Origin: Promethearchaeota archaeon
GTDB taxonomy: Archaea; Asgardarchaeota; Heimdallarchaeia; Hodarchaeales; Hodarchaeaceae
Length of the DNA stretch: 64,000 nucleotides
Assembly (NCBI GenBank): GCA_048938105.1
Contig: JBHLMN010000001.1
Location: forward strand, 320,001 to 384,000
Direction of reading: 5' to 3'
Numbering within the stretch: position 1 is the stretch's first letter; every line of letters starts with the position of its first letter. A program made the position numbers and the translations under genes. Shown here one piece after another: positions 1 through 9,981 of the stretch. The notes below the pieces were generated by a model. The model made no database searches and had not been told where the DNA came from. It saw only the letters and a program-made list of their open reading frames with translations.

Positions 1-212
1 ATAGCTTGATTCTCTACGTTCCAAGATATTCGAGCACGAATACGTCTTGGCTCTGGTTGTTCAACATTGATAAATCGCATACCAGTAATGAAGAAACCCG
101 TCCTATTCCGACCATCTTCATCTTTCAGTCCTTTCACATTGAGATGACTTTCTACATCAATTATGGGGTAGATTTCGATTTTTTTAACTTCATCGATTCG
201 GGTCATTCTCAT
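1..212 (-). CDS. Hypothetical protein, N-terminal part only (runs off the window start)
   Basis: Open minus-strand frame MRMTRIDEVKKIEIYPIIDVESHLNVKG... with no stop before position 1. In-frame ATGs at 218, 212 and 206, with AGGA upstream. Lies directly behind the aminotransferase. Not in the ORF track. Confidence 0.6.
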   Translation of the reverse strand, partial: MRMTRIDEVKKIEIYPIIDVESHLNVKGLKDEDGRNRTGFFITGMRFINVEQPEPRRIRARISWNVENQA

Positions 213-242
213 TCTCATTCCTAAATGCTGCATTCATATAAG

Positions 243-1469
243 TTAATTAATTGTTTTCAAGAAGGATTCAACATGATCTAAGGCTTCCCTCATCATTGCA
301 ACGTCTGGGAGTACAACAGATCGGAAATGGCCTTTTCCAAGCTCTCCAAAACCACTTCCAAAAACAAAAAGTACGCCTGTTTCTTGAAGAAGATCCAATA
401 CAAAACGGCGGTCGTTTATATCTTTGTCAATCCGAGGGAAAGCGTAAAAAGCCCCTCTAGGTGGAATAACAGACAATCCATTCATTTCATTAATTCTTTT
501 TGAGAAATAGGCAGCACGTTCTTTCAGTTTTCCAATGACTGCAGGTAGAAAATCCATTTCTTTGTTAATAATTTTACTTACTGCTACTTGTACTGGACTA
601 TTAGCACACAATCGAATCCGTGACTGCTTGGCTAATGCTTCCCAAAATTCTGAGTAGATTTCATCTTCATCTCTTAGTGTTGCCCACCCCAATCGCCAGC
701 CTGGGGAAAGTAACGTTTTTGAAATACCATTTAACTCTAAAATTGGTATATCGGTTAATGAAGCTGTTGATCGAAAATTACTCTCAAAAGTTAGTAAATC
801 ATAAATTTCATCAGAGATTAGTAAAAGATTGTGCTCACCTGCGAGATCTGTTATCTTTTTCACAATATTTTGAGAATAAACTGCTCCAGTGGGATTATTA
901 GGATTGATTATAATAATTGCTTGAGTTTTTGGAGATATTTTTCTTCGAATATCTTCTACATCAGGCTGCCATTCTTTTGATTCTTGGGTATGATATTCAA
1001 TCGGCACAATATTATGATACTTAAAATATGATAAATATGGAGGATAAGAGGGAGAAGGGACTAAAACTTCAGTTCCAGCCTTTAAACTTGCAGATATGAA
1101 TGATATTGCTTCAGATACTCCTGATGTAACCAAGATCTTACTAGGGTCTAGGTTTGTTCCCCAAAGTCGTCTTTGCCTTTTAACTATTTCTTCTCGTAAC
1201 GTAGGATCCCCTGTGGAATCGCTGTAGTAATTAGCCTTATCTTTTGTCACAGCTTCCAACAAAGCCTGTTTAAGAAAGTCAGGAGTATCAAAGTCAAATT
1301 TATCTGGATCACCAATGTTAAAGTAATAAAGCTTTTTTCCCTGTTCTTCTACCTTTTTGGCTAGAAGTACTATATCTCTAATTGCATATTTTATATTAAT
1401 AACATTAGGAGAGAGTTCCATACGGGTACCTTCTTTAAATGCGTACATGCATTTTTCTGTATCTAACAA
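243..1469 (-). CDS. PLP-dependent aminotransferase class I/II (alanine aminotransferase-like)
   Basis: YAIRD, NIGDP, NPNNPTG, SDEIYD and PLP-lysine motif GISKTLLSPGWRLGW. True start may be MELSPN. Confidence 0.93.
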   Translation of the reverse strand: MLDTEKCMYAFKEGTRMELSPNVINIKYAIRDIVLLAKKVEEQGKKLYYFNIGDPDKFDFDTPDFLKQALLEAVTKDKANYYSDSTGDPTLREEIVKRQRRLWGTNLDPSKILVTSGVSEAISFISASLKAGTEVLVPSPSYPPYLSYFKYHNIVPIEYHTQESKEWQPDVEDIRRKISPKTQAIIIINPNNPTGAVYSQNIVKKITDLAGEHNLLLISDEIYDLLTFESNFRSTASLTDIPILELNGISKTLLSPGWRLGWATLRDEDEIYSEFWEALAKQSRIRLCANSPVQVAVSKIINKEMDFLPAVIGKLKERAAYFSKRINEMNGLSVIPPRGAFYAFPRIDKDINDRRFVLDLLQETGVLFVFGSGFGELGKGHFRSVVLPDVAMMREALDHVESFLKTIN

Positions 1470-1658
1470 AGAAGAATTAACCTGGAAGAACAGTAAGGAG
1501 TTGTTAATTACGTTGTTTAATCAACATTTACTTAAACTCTTCTATTTCTCTAGACAAGTATCCTATGATTTTCAGAATTATTATTTCAAAAAATGATCTT
1601 CCTTTTGCAAGCCTTTTTTAAATTTAAAAAAATGAGGATGAATAATTCATAATGACAC

Positions 1659-2366
1659 TTGAGGAAGGTAATTTCTTTGAGTACTGATGTAGAATCATTA
1701 TCTGTACTTATTACTTCTATTGTAGATCTTGGAGCTAAAATTTGTGTTTTATCAGACATTTCAGGGTTACCTATTGTTACTCGTTCGAAAATAGACACAG
1801 AAGATGTAGAAATTGCACTTAGTGCTCTTAGTAGCCTCGTCATTTCAACAGGAGATACTATTGCTCGAGAGTTAGAAGGAAATTTTGTGAATATGTCTGT
1901 TCGAACCAGTGGTGGTTTACTCCTCTCTACTGTTATCGATTCAAACCCCAAGGTAGTACTTACGGCTATTGTTGATGAAAATCTTGAAACCACTATTATC
2001 CACGAAATGCGTCGTCTTCAACCAATTATCTCTAATGCTATTGAAGGAGTAGCCATTGAAATAAAAGAACGTGAAAGACTTCAGGCTCCTAATCAACGAA
2101 AGATTCTCACATTCTTTGATTCATTTTCTCTAAAAGTAAACCAATCAGACTCTCCGAATAATCTAGTTAGTATTATTCAAGCAGCGAAGGATGATCTATT
2201 TACATTAGTTAATTCAGGTACAATTTCCTATGAAATGAATAGATTTGCTCTTATGTTGGAAAAACAAATCCAATATAAATCTGTCAGCCCAGAAATTTTA
2301 TCAAAGATAAAGGTAGAAATAAACAATGCTGTAGAAGACTGGAAAAGACGACTCTTACCTGAATAG
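1659..2366 (+). CDS. Roadblock/LC7-like domain protein with C-terminal helical extension
   Basis: VLSDISGLPI...ALSALSS...GDTIARELEG pattern typical of roadblock folds, followed by ~100 aa of helical sequence. Confidence 0.65.
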   Translation: MRKVISLSTDVESLSVLITSIVDLGAKICVLSDISGLPIVTRSKIDTEDVEIALSALSSLVISTGDTIARELEGNFVNMSVRTSGGLLLSTVIDSNPKVVLTAIVDENLETTIIHEMRRLQPIISNAIEGVAIEIKERERLQAPNQRKILTFFDSFSLKVNQSDSPNNLVSIIQAAKDDLFTLVNSGTISYEMNRFALMLEKQIQYKSVSPEILSKIKVEINNAVEDWKRRLLPE

Positions 2367-3262
2367 ATCTAATTAATCTGTTTTTTTATAGAAGAACCTA
2401 CTTTTACATTCACTTTTTATAATGAATAGAATCACTTGTTAGTGATCACTAGCATATTAATTATTCAATAAGTAAAAATGTATTATTTGTAAATTATAGC
2501 AACAAGAGAACTCCAATATGGAGACCAGATAACGATAAGACCCTGTAAATTAATAAGAGGAATTTCAGTAAAATCTAAACTGAGATAAGGTGTATTCTGC
2601 AAGAGCTCATAGGTAAGTATTTAATTATTGTCTAATAACAATATGCCTCTAGCAATATTCATCCTTGAAAATTGTTCCATAGTACGTCGTGATCTCATGC
2701 CTCGGATATCATTAGGTTTATCCTCATCCGAGATCTGAAAGTGCTTCATGTGATATGACTTTCACATTCTTTCAAGCTATTGCCTCATGTTTGAGCATCC
2801 ATCTGTCGAAGTAAAAAACGTTAAGAAGGGCTCTATTTTCGCAAAAAAAAGAATCGTCTATACGGGAAAACTTATAATCTAAGATGTGTTAGAATTATAC
2901 AAGAAAGAAAGGGCTTCAGTTCGTTTAACTCTTTTATGGTTACCGCAAACCGCCTTTTCTTTCACCTTTTCTCCCAAACAATAATTTCTCCATGTTTTAT
3001 TTGATTCCTACCGTTTTTAGCTATGGCTAGTTTTTCTATTATTAAGTGTCATGGGTGTGTAGAAGCAACCCAGCAAAAAATTTTTTGTCGGCTTCTTTTT
3101 CTTTATATTACTATTATTGGCTCTTTTACTTCCTGAGAAAAACGACAAAAAAGATGAGAAACTATGTTAAGGATGTTTACCTCTCAACCATATTGAAGAA
3201 TTCATTAAAGTGTGTCATTCTGGTAAAAAAAGTTGAAAAATCCTTTTACGAATGAAAAATAA

Positions 3263-3967
3263 CTATTCTGCTGAAAGGCCTATTAAAAAGTTCATGATTG
3301 AACTAGCATTATCAGAACTTTCACGCTGGATCCCGCAATTCGCACACACAGAGTACGGGGCACCATGACTTTTTCCCCAGTAATTTATTTTGTAAGTACC
3401 TTGCCAGAACTTACCTCCACACGCACAATCATCGCCAGGGGTTTCTATGAAATTTGTTTCTATTTGGCGCACCTGACCTACAACTTTACGTAGATAAATA
3501 CTGGGATTACTTATTTTATGAATACTTTCTGGATCAAATCTTGTTTCGAAAAATGAAATTTCGTGTAATTGAGGATATTGACTAAGATAATCTATCTGCA
3601 GCAATTCTGGAGTCAAAATTCCGTTTGTTACAAATATAAAGTGTATTTTATCTATATTTTCTCCCTGAATTTGCGCAATACTATCATTAAGGGCGACATC
3701 TCCTGGAAAATGAGCTATTAATTCATCAAACTCAACAGATTTTACAAAGGTTTTTCTACTATTAGGATCCAATGTGAAAATATCGGCGATCTCTCCATTG
3801 ATTAATGGAAGAAGAGGCTTAATATCACTTCGTGAGGCTAAGGGGGTTGTTGTTCGTGATAATGCATGATGAGCTATTCTATGACTGTTCGTTTTTAGAT
3901 AATCAATGATCACTCTGAGGTATAAGAATCGTTTACGGTCAGATGAGGGGCTTCTAGCTTCAGACAT
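3263..3967 (-). CDS. Hypothetical protein with C-terminal zinc ribbon (YgiT/MqsA-like)
   Basis: CACGG...APYSVCANCG near the C-terminus; GGAG upstream. Confidence 0.6.
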   Translation of the reverse strand: MSEARSPSSDRKRFLYLRVIIDYLKTNSHRIAHHALSRTTTPLASRSDIKPLLPLINGEIADIFTLDPNSRKTFVKSVEFDELIAHFPGDVALNDSIAQIQGENIDKIHFIFVTNGILTPELLQIDYLSQYPQLHEISFFETRFDPESIHKISNPSIYLRKVVGQVRQIETNFIETPGDDCACGGKFWQGTYKINYWGKSHGAPYSVCANCGIQRESSDNASSIMNFLIGLSAE

Positions 3968-4080
3968 TTAGGTATACTCCTTCTACTCATTCATATGACC
4001 CTTTACTTTTTTTGTTTTTCTAAACTTCAAAAGTACTTAAATAAGAAATTAAATTCTTTTTCAACATCTTCTATTAATGT

Positions 4081-5286
4081 TTGAAATTTCTACCTCTATT
4101 CTGGGTTTTCTTTATGTCATTATCACATTCATCAAAGCGAATATTAGTTGTTGGTCGAGAAGTTGGACCTATCACACAGTTACTTAAAGAAAAAGATCCT
4201 AAGGTGTCAATAGGGGCAGTGGATGTGTTAGGGAACAAAGAAACTCGTCGTTATGCTGATTGGAAATTTTCTGTAGAAAAGCAGTCTCCTAATGTCTCTA
4301 TTTACCGTTATAAACATCGTTCAGTTCTTGATCTTCTTTTTGAACTCGCATTAATTATGCTAGAGGATCTGGAATTTGATCTGTTGATTCCTCTGTCTCC
4401 TTTTCAGATTAAACCTCAATATATTCTCAGATTATCTCGGGAAGTCGAAGTTTATGCCCCAAATTATAAATCACTAGAGAAAGCTTCATCTGCGTATACG
4501 TTTTTGACTCAAATTTTAGCTGATTTTTCTGAGATAATTCCTCCAAATTCTTTTATTTCTGATCTTTCTAAGATCCCTTCAATCGAATTTCCAGGAATTT
4601 ATGTTTCAAAAAATCAAACATATTGTCTTTCTTCTAGAGCAGTTATTTCATCTATTGATTCATCAAACAAGTCTGGGTTTCTTCTTCCTCTTTCTAGAAT
4701 TCACTGTGCATTCTTCATTGCTCTTCCTCATTGTATCAATTTCCATGGCTTTCAAACACTCTCTTATCCTCACGAACACTCTTTCTTTTTTAAACATCTC
4801 GAGAAAAATGCCCTTATCCCCTTTTCCTTACCACAAAGTCACTCTTATGAAAGAATCATCTCATTTCTGTCTGAAATTATCACTCAATTAGGATTTACTG
4901 GTATGATTACTATCTATTTCGGATTATCAGAGGATAGGATATTTCCTGTTTCTTGTAATCTCCTCCCTGATGAAAATCTTGACCTTTGGGAGAGTCGATC
5001 TTCAAAACCACTAATTTCACATTTTTTTTCTCCACAAGAAGAACAAGAACCTGTTACATCTTCCTCCAACTTCGCATTTAAACTCCCTATTTATTCTCAT
5101 CGTCCTATTAAAGTTCCCTTACTACCTGAAAACCTTTGTTGCCAACAAAATTTAACTGGGGTGATTTCACATCCAGACTATCCCCTTTGTGCGCTCTTAG
5201 ACTCAAATCCCTCTGCCTCAGTCGCGCAGAACCTATTCCAACAGAAAAAAATGAAAATCTTAAACATCCTTAATCCGAAAGCCTAA
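4081..5286 (+). CDS. Divergent ATP-grasp-like protein (COG2232-like)
   Basis: N-terminal ILVVG...GAVDVLGNKETRRYAD and later LGFTGMITIYF resemble archaeal ATP-grasp carboligases, but the catalytic ExN is not evident. Start probably MSLSH. Confidence 0.5.
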   Translation: MKFLPLFWVFFMSLSHSSKRILVVGREVGPITQLLKEKDPKVSIGAVDVLGNKETRRYADWKFSVEKQSPNVSIYRYKHRSVLDLLFELALIMLEDLEFDLLIPLSPFQIKPQYILRLSREVEVYAPNYKSLEKASSAYTFLTQILADFSEIIPPNSFISDLSKIPSIEFPGIYVSKNQTYCLSSRAVISSIDSSNKSGFLLPLSRIHCAFFIALPHCINFHGFQTLSYPHEHSFFFKHLEKNALIPFSLPQSHSYERIISFLSEIITQLGFTGMITIYFGLSEDRIFPVSCNLLPDENLDLWESRSSKPLISHFFSPQEEQEPVTSSSNFAFKLPIYSHRPIKVPLLPENLCCQQNLTGVISHPDYPLCALLDSNPSASVAQNLFQQKKMKILNILNPKA

Positions 5287-5627
5287 ATTTTTGTTCTTGG
5301 TTTTGTTATTTGCCAGGTTCCTTCACAAATTCCATTTAAATCTTCTTGGGATTATAATTAAGAAATTTAGCTTTTCCTTCTTTCTACTTAAAAAATTCGT
5401 TCGAATAATAAGATTGGTCAATAAAAGTTTATTATCAAAAAATGATAGTCTTTTAGAGATGTATTGCTGCAGAAATCCTTTAAACCTCTATTATTGAAGA
5501 TCTATTCTATTAATTATGACCTTAATATGGAAAGTATAAACATAGAAACCTCTATTAATCATTTAGAGGCAAAAGAAAATGGAAACCTTTATGAATCATA
5601 TTTTTTTCAAGACACATAGGTGTTAAA

Positions 5628-6035
5628 GTGGTTGGAACTGAGTCAGAAGCTAATTTTGTAAGAGACGCTTTTAAAAAATGCAGTCCCGAACTTGCTTTCA
5701 GGTTTTACGGCAGTAATGGTAAAGTAATCGCAACAATTTCAAATTTATCAGAATTGATCTCTACTTTACCCGAGATTCCAGCCACAATTGCACAATTTCA
5801 TATCTTTCGAGAAACAACTCAAGATCTTTTCGAACTAAAACAACTTGACGGCCCAGTAGTACGTTCTGATCTTGCTTTGTGGATTAACTATGTCTTAGGT
5901 GATGTGGAACTTTCTCGTAGAGTATATGAACTTGGAAAAATGGAATCTACTAATCCAGAAGCTCTTAAACGGCAAATTATTGAATTACTAAAACAAAGAG
6001 AACGAGAACTAATTAACTTGATTCGTCCATCTTAG
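5628..6035 (+). CDS. DUF5752-like protein
   Basis: AFRFY...IATISNLSEL...FH...DLALWINYVLGDVELS pattern; GGTG upstream of the GTG start. Confidence 0.6.
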   Translation: MVGTESEANFVRDAFKKCSPELAFRFYGSNGKVIATISNLSELISTLPEIPATIAQFHIFRETTQDLFELKQLDGPVVRSDLALWINYVLGDVELSRRVYELGKMESTNPEALKRQIIELLKQRERELINLIRPS

Positions 6036-6224
6036 ATCATTACTCAAACGTAATTAAAGGTTCTCTTTTCATTTAACATATTTGCAATTCTAATAAATAA
6101 CATCCAAAAAAGTCACTAGAAATCTTTTACAGCGTTCATTCATCATAATATTTTATTCCCCAAACTTTCAAAAATTATCCAAGATTCAAATAATCCAATT
6201 GCTTCCTTAAAGGATGATGAATTC

Positions 6225-7463
6225 ATGCATATCCTTCGACGAATATTCCGTATAGATCCTCAACGTGACTTTTCAAAAGCACGAGAAGCTTTTGATCAAG
6301 GGAAATACGCCTTAGCTTCTAAAATATTTCTAAAAACTCATAATCAATTTGATACTATCGATATGAAAATCATTTCTCTGGAGAATGCAGCCATAGCAGC
6401 AGAATATGCTGATATGTTTGATAGATCACTAGAACTTTATTACCGTACTGTTCTCATCAAATTAGACACCGATCAGCTCCCCAAAGAGGTATTATTAGAT
6501 ATAGATAAGGCCTTACACATGGCACAACAATGTGAAAAACCCTCTATTTCTATAAATAAATTATTCTTAATGAAATTTTTGATTTTTCTATCCCAAAAGG
6601 ATTTTAACCAATTAAACTCATTATATAAGAAGCTCAACTTCGAAATTTCAGATAAATATAGTAAGGCGATTGAAAAAACTTGGCTTTTAATCCATTCTTC
6701 CGATACTTTCGAGAAAAAAGAAACCCTTCCACAGGTTGATCTTCCAAATGAATTCTACAGCATTTTGGAAGCTGCTGAACAAGTCATGCAAAGATGTTCA
6801 TTGTGTGAAATCGCGTTGAGAACTAATGATCAATCTGAGCATATAGAAAAAGGCACCGAGTTTTCACTGTCTGCTACACTGACTGCATATGCCCATTTAT
6901 CCATTCAGAAGACTCATCTAAAAACGGGAACGAAAGGAAGAGTTCTGACCTCATCAGAACCGGAATTTCCTTTAAGATTGAGTGCAGGTGAAAATTATTC
7001 AATTATCTATTCTCTTATTCCCAATTTACCAGGAGAGTGGTTGTTAGGTCCACTATCTTTGGTTTATTCTATTCCATCTGAAACAGGAGAATATCCAGTA
7101 GCATCAAAACCTATCTTGATCACAGTTGAAGATGCAGCGCCCGCATTACGATTATCTATGGAATCGGAGACTATTGAGGAAGATCTGGAATACTTGATAA
7201 TTATTTCTGCTGAAAACGTTGGGAAAACTGCCCTTCAAGATGTGAAGATTGTTTCAGAGGTTCCAGAGGGAGTTAAAATTCACGAGGGAACCAGAGAGAA
7301 ACATATCAGTACTTTAGGAGAAGGAGAGTCATTTCAATATGAAATTAATGTTCAGTTTGAACTAGATCGAACTCATTTTTCAGGGTACATAATTAAAGCA
7401 AATGGATACATTGAAGACAATAAAAGACTTTCAAAGTGTTCTATTAGACTAGGAGGCAAATGA
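6225..7463 (+). CDS. Cytoplasmic TPR-like plus two Ig-like (DUF11/BatD-type) domain protein
   Basis: Helical repeat N-terminus, then two beta-sandwich segments (LSAGENYSIIYSLIP..PGEWLLGPL; ENVGKTALQDVKI...VPEGV...LGEGES). No signal peptide seen. Confidence 0.6.
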   Translation: MHILRRIFRIDPQRDFSKAREAFDQGKYALASKIFLKTHNQFDTIDMKIISLENAAIAAEYADMFDRSLELYYRTVLIKLDTDQLPKEVLLDIDKALHMAQQCEKPSISINKLFLMKFLIFLSQKDFNQLNSLYKKLNFEISDKYSKAIEKTWLLIHSSDTFEKKETLPQVDLPNEFYSILEAAEQVMQRCSLCEIALRTNDQSEHIEKGTEFSLSATLTAYAHLSIQKTHLKTGTKGRVLTSSEPEFPLRLSAGENYSIIYSLIPNLPGEWLLGPLSLVYSIPSETGEYPVASKPILITVEDAAPALRLSMESETIEEDLEYLIIISAENVGKTALQDVKIVSEVPEGVKIHEGTREKHISTLGEGESFQYEINVQFELDRTHFSGYIIKANGYIEDNKRLSKCSIRLGGK

Positions 7464-7522
7464 AAACTAATTTAACGTACAGGTTCAAGTTTAATGGCTT
7501 TTGAAAGAATAAATCCAGTTGA

Positions 7523-9685
7523 TTAACTTGATCGAAGGCCTAATCTAGCAATAAATGTAGAATAATACGCAAAACAATCGACTGATTCTTTTTCATCTAA
7601 AGTGATTGAGGAATGGACAATCCTGTTTCTTAAATTTCGAAAACGAGCAATCTTTCTTTCACTCGGTAGGTCGAAACCCCATTTTCGAAGACTAGCAACT
7701 TGAAACTGAAAATCAGGTTTGGTATAAATAGGATCAGATATTAATTGTTGAAACCGAGTAGATAGAAGATTCTTGACTGCCGCATCAGCCTTAATCACAA
7801 ATAATTCATAATTATTCTCCTTAAAGGCATGTTTAGCTTGATTCCATAAAACTCGAACATAATTTATGTTTTTTAAGGCTTGATCGGCATCCAAAAACTT
7901 AGGAGGATATTCTTTAAGGGAAGTTTCCTGATAATTATGTATAATAAAATCCATCCTACTAATGACTTGGCTATAACTAATAAAAGTAGTGGCATTTATA
8001 AAAATCACGCCGATTGTAAGTAATGCTGTTGGAATTGCCAATACAATAAACAATATCGTGGGATTAGGAATATAAATTGGGAGAAGATGGATCGATAAAA
8101 CGTAATAACCCAGAATATTCAAAAGATCAAAAACTAGAAATCCAATAAAGACATAAAAAATCCACTCAACTTTTCGGCGTAATCGTTTTGATATCACAAG
8201 TGTTTCTGTTTCAGATGATTCCATGAAGCTAATTAATCCAAATGTTTTGAATGGGATACTGGCCACTCGGATTAGAATTGACTCGTTAGGAACCTCCTTA
8301 ACATTGAAGATTCCACGAAAACTATTGTCTAAATATTTATAAGTATCTTTCAAAGAAGCAGGAATAGTCCATTGATTAAGACGAAACCATTTTCCTTTTG
8401 AATCCAAATACATTAGATAAGCTGGCAATGCAGCCAGAATAATGATGCTAAGAATGATAGAGGGAAGAGGCCAAGTAAAGGGCTTCGGTAGCCGATATTC
8501 AAAATGAATGTAAAACAGTCCTTTAGTTTCTGTTTTTGGATAGATAATTAAATAATATTTTCCATCGTCCAACAACTTGGTAACATTAATCTCGCCATCT
8601 TGGGTTGATTGATACTCATATGCAGTATGAATTGGATCTTGAAGCCCCTTGTCTTTGATCTCGATCCATGCATAATCAAGGATTTTATTAATTGTTGGAT
8701 TTTCTGCAAAAACACGGATATTAACCTCTGATCTACTTGTATTCACCATAAACCAGAAATAATATTCTTTGGATATATAATTGTGAACCTCACGAACAGA
8801 AATAGTATGGTTATAAGGTATTTTTATTGCTGTAAGGTAATTAAAACAGTTATGATAAATGGAGGAGGAAATATTATATAATCCTGTATATTGTGTTTTG
8901 TGTGAGATTTCAATTATATAGTCATCTTGCTTAGGAGGATTCCAAGAAAAGTTATACAAACCTAATGTTTCGGAAAACTTTTCTTCTACCGTGGCAGGAT
9001 TTCCCTTTCCCTCTTCCTTTGGGTAAATTATTACTTCTGCTTCGTCAAGCACATTGGACGTTGATTCTTTTAAGAAAACTGTACAATTTTGGTTTTCATC
9101 CAATGAAACCTTCCAAAATTGTATTTCATGATCTATAGTGAAATTAGCAGTTATAAATGATTCACTGAGGGAGATCGCAGATTCAACGCTATATCCGATA
9201 CTAGGTAAACTAACCAATATTGTATAAGAAAAATCCCCACTTTTATCCACTCTAATATCGTTCACTTGTATTGTCCAGTTGCCTGTTCTTGGAGGAATCC
9301 AAGATCCCAAGAATTTATCAGAAGAGAAAGGATTTATTCTTTTTGATTCTAGTGTTTCTTGTATACCTAAAGGATCATAAAGTGTAACTTGAAAATCAGA
9401 TTTGGAGAATGGTGGATTAGGAGCGATCGAAAAATATACTATTTGTCTTAGATTTACAATATTAAGAGTCCAATTATGCTGCGATGACTCATTTGTGAAA
9501 TGCCGAGTCTGAGGAACTCCAGGCCTCAATACTGTTGTGTTTTGGAAATCTGATGACTGTTTCAAGTTATTAAGAGAGAACATAGAAGAAGAACTAGTAT
9601 GTACTGGAGAAAAATGGAAAATCAAGAAATTAAATGTAATAATTGCTACAAGAAGTACAACATGCTTTTTGGGTGTAACTTTCAT
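7523..9685 (-). CDS. Membrane protein: signal peptide, extracellular beta-rich (PPC-like) repeats, ~3 TM helices, C-terminal HEPN-like domain
   Basis: Hydrophobic N-terminus, repeated LYDP..G/G.Y.I segments with many NxS/T sequons, three hydrophobic stretches, then AKHAF...AAVKNLL...RNRIVH. Confidence 0.7.
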   Translation of the reverse strand: MKVTPKKHVVLLVAIITFNFLIFHFSPVHTSSSSMFSLNNLKQSSDFQNTTVLRPGVPQTRHFTNESSQHNWTLNIVNLRQIVYFSIAPNPPFSKSDFQVTLYDPLGIQETLESKRINPFSSDKFLGSWIPPRTGNWTIQVNDIRVDKSGDFSYTILVSLPSIGYSVESAISLSESFITANFTIDHEIQFWKVSLDENQNCTVFLKESTSNVLDEAEVIIYPKEEGKGNPATVEEKFSETLGLYNFSWNPPKQDDYIIEISHKTQYTGLYNISSSIYHNCFNYLTAIKIPYNHTISVREVHNYISKEYYFWFMVNTSRSEVNIRVFAENPTINKILDYAWIEIKDKGLQDPIHTAYEYQSTQDGEINVTKLLDDGKYYLIIYPKTETKGLFYIHFEYRLPKPFTWPLPSIILSIIILAALPAYLMYLDSKGKWFRLNQWTIPASLKDTYKYLDNSFRGIFNVKEVPNESILIRVASIPFKTFGLISFMESSETETLVISKRLRRKVEWIFYVFIGFLVFDLLNILGYYVLSIHLLPIYIPNPTILFIVLAIPTALLTIGVIFINATTFISYSQVISRMDFIIHNYQETSLKEYPPKFLDADQALKNINYVRVLWNQAKHAFKENNYELFVIKADAAVKNLLSTRFQQLISDPIYTKPDFQFQVASLRKWGFDLPSERKIARFRNLRNRIVHSSITLDEKESVDCFAYYSTFIARLGLRSS

Positions 9686-9981
9686 TAGTTAAACTTCATA
9701 AAAATGAGTCATATGATATTTATTAAATTAATGTGAATTTCAAGTTACCATATATCTTTCTAGTAACCTATTTGAGGCAGATAATTCCATTGAATAAATC
9801 TGTTATTAAGTACTGAATGATGATCTTTTATATATTAATGGTAAATAAGAATCATTTCTTTTTGATTAAGTTTATTATTAAGTTTGGAGAAATTATAAAT
9901 AATGGCCTCGAATAGAGCTTACCTTTATTAATTCCTCTATTTGAAGAATTCTGGTATCAAACGTTCAGGTTTGGAAATATA

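Noticed and set aside
6-224. Plus-strand 72-aa ORF
   Set aside because: Shadow of a more plausible minus-strand gene that runs off the window start.
1586-1993. Minus-strand 135-aa ORF
   Set aside because: Antisense to the roadblock-like gene, with no motif.
3046-3255. 69-aa plus-strand ORF
   Set aside because: Low-complexity AT-rich frame with no recognisable motif or RBS.
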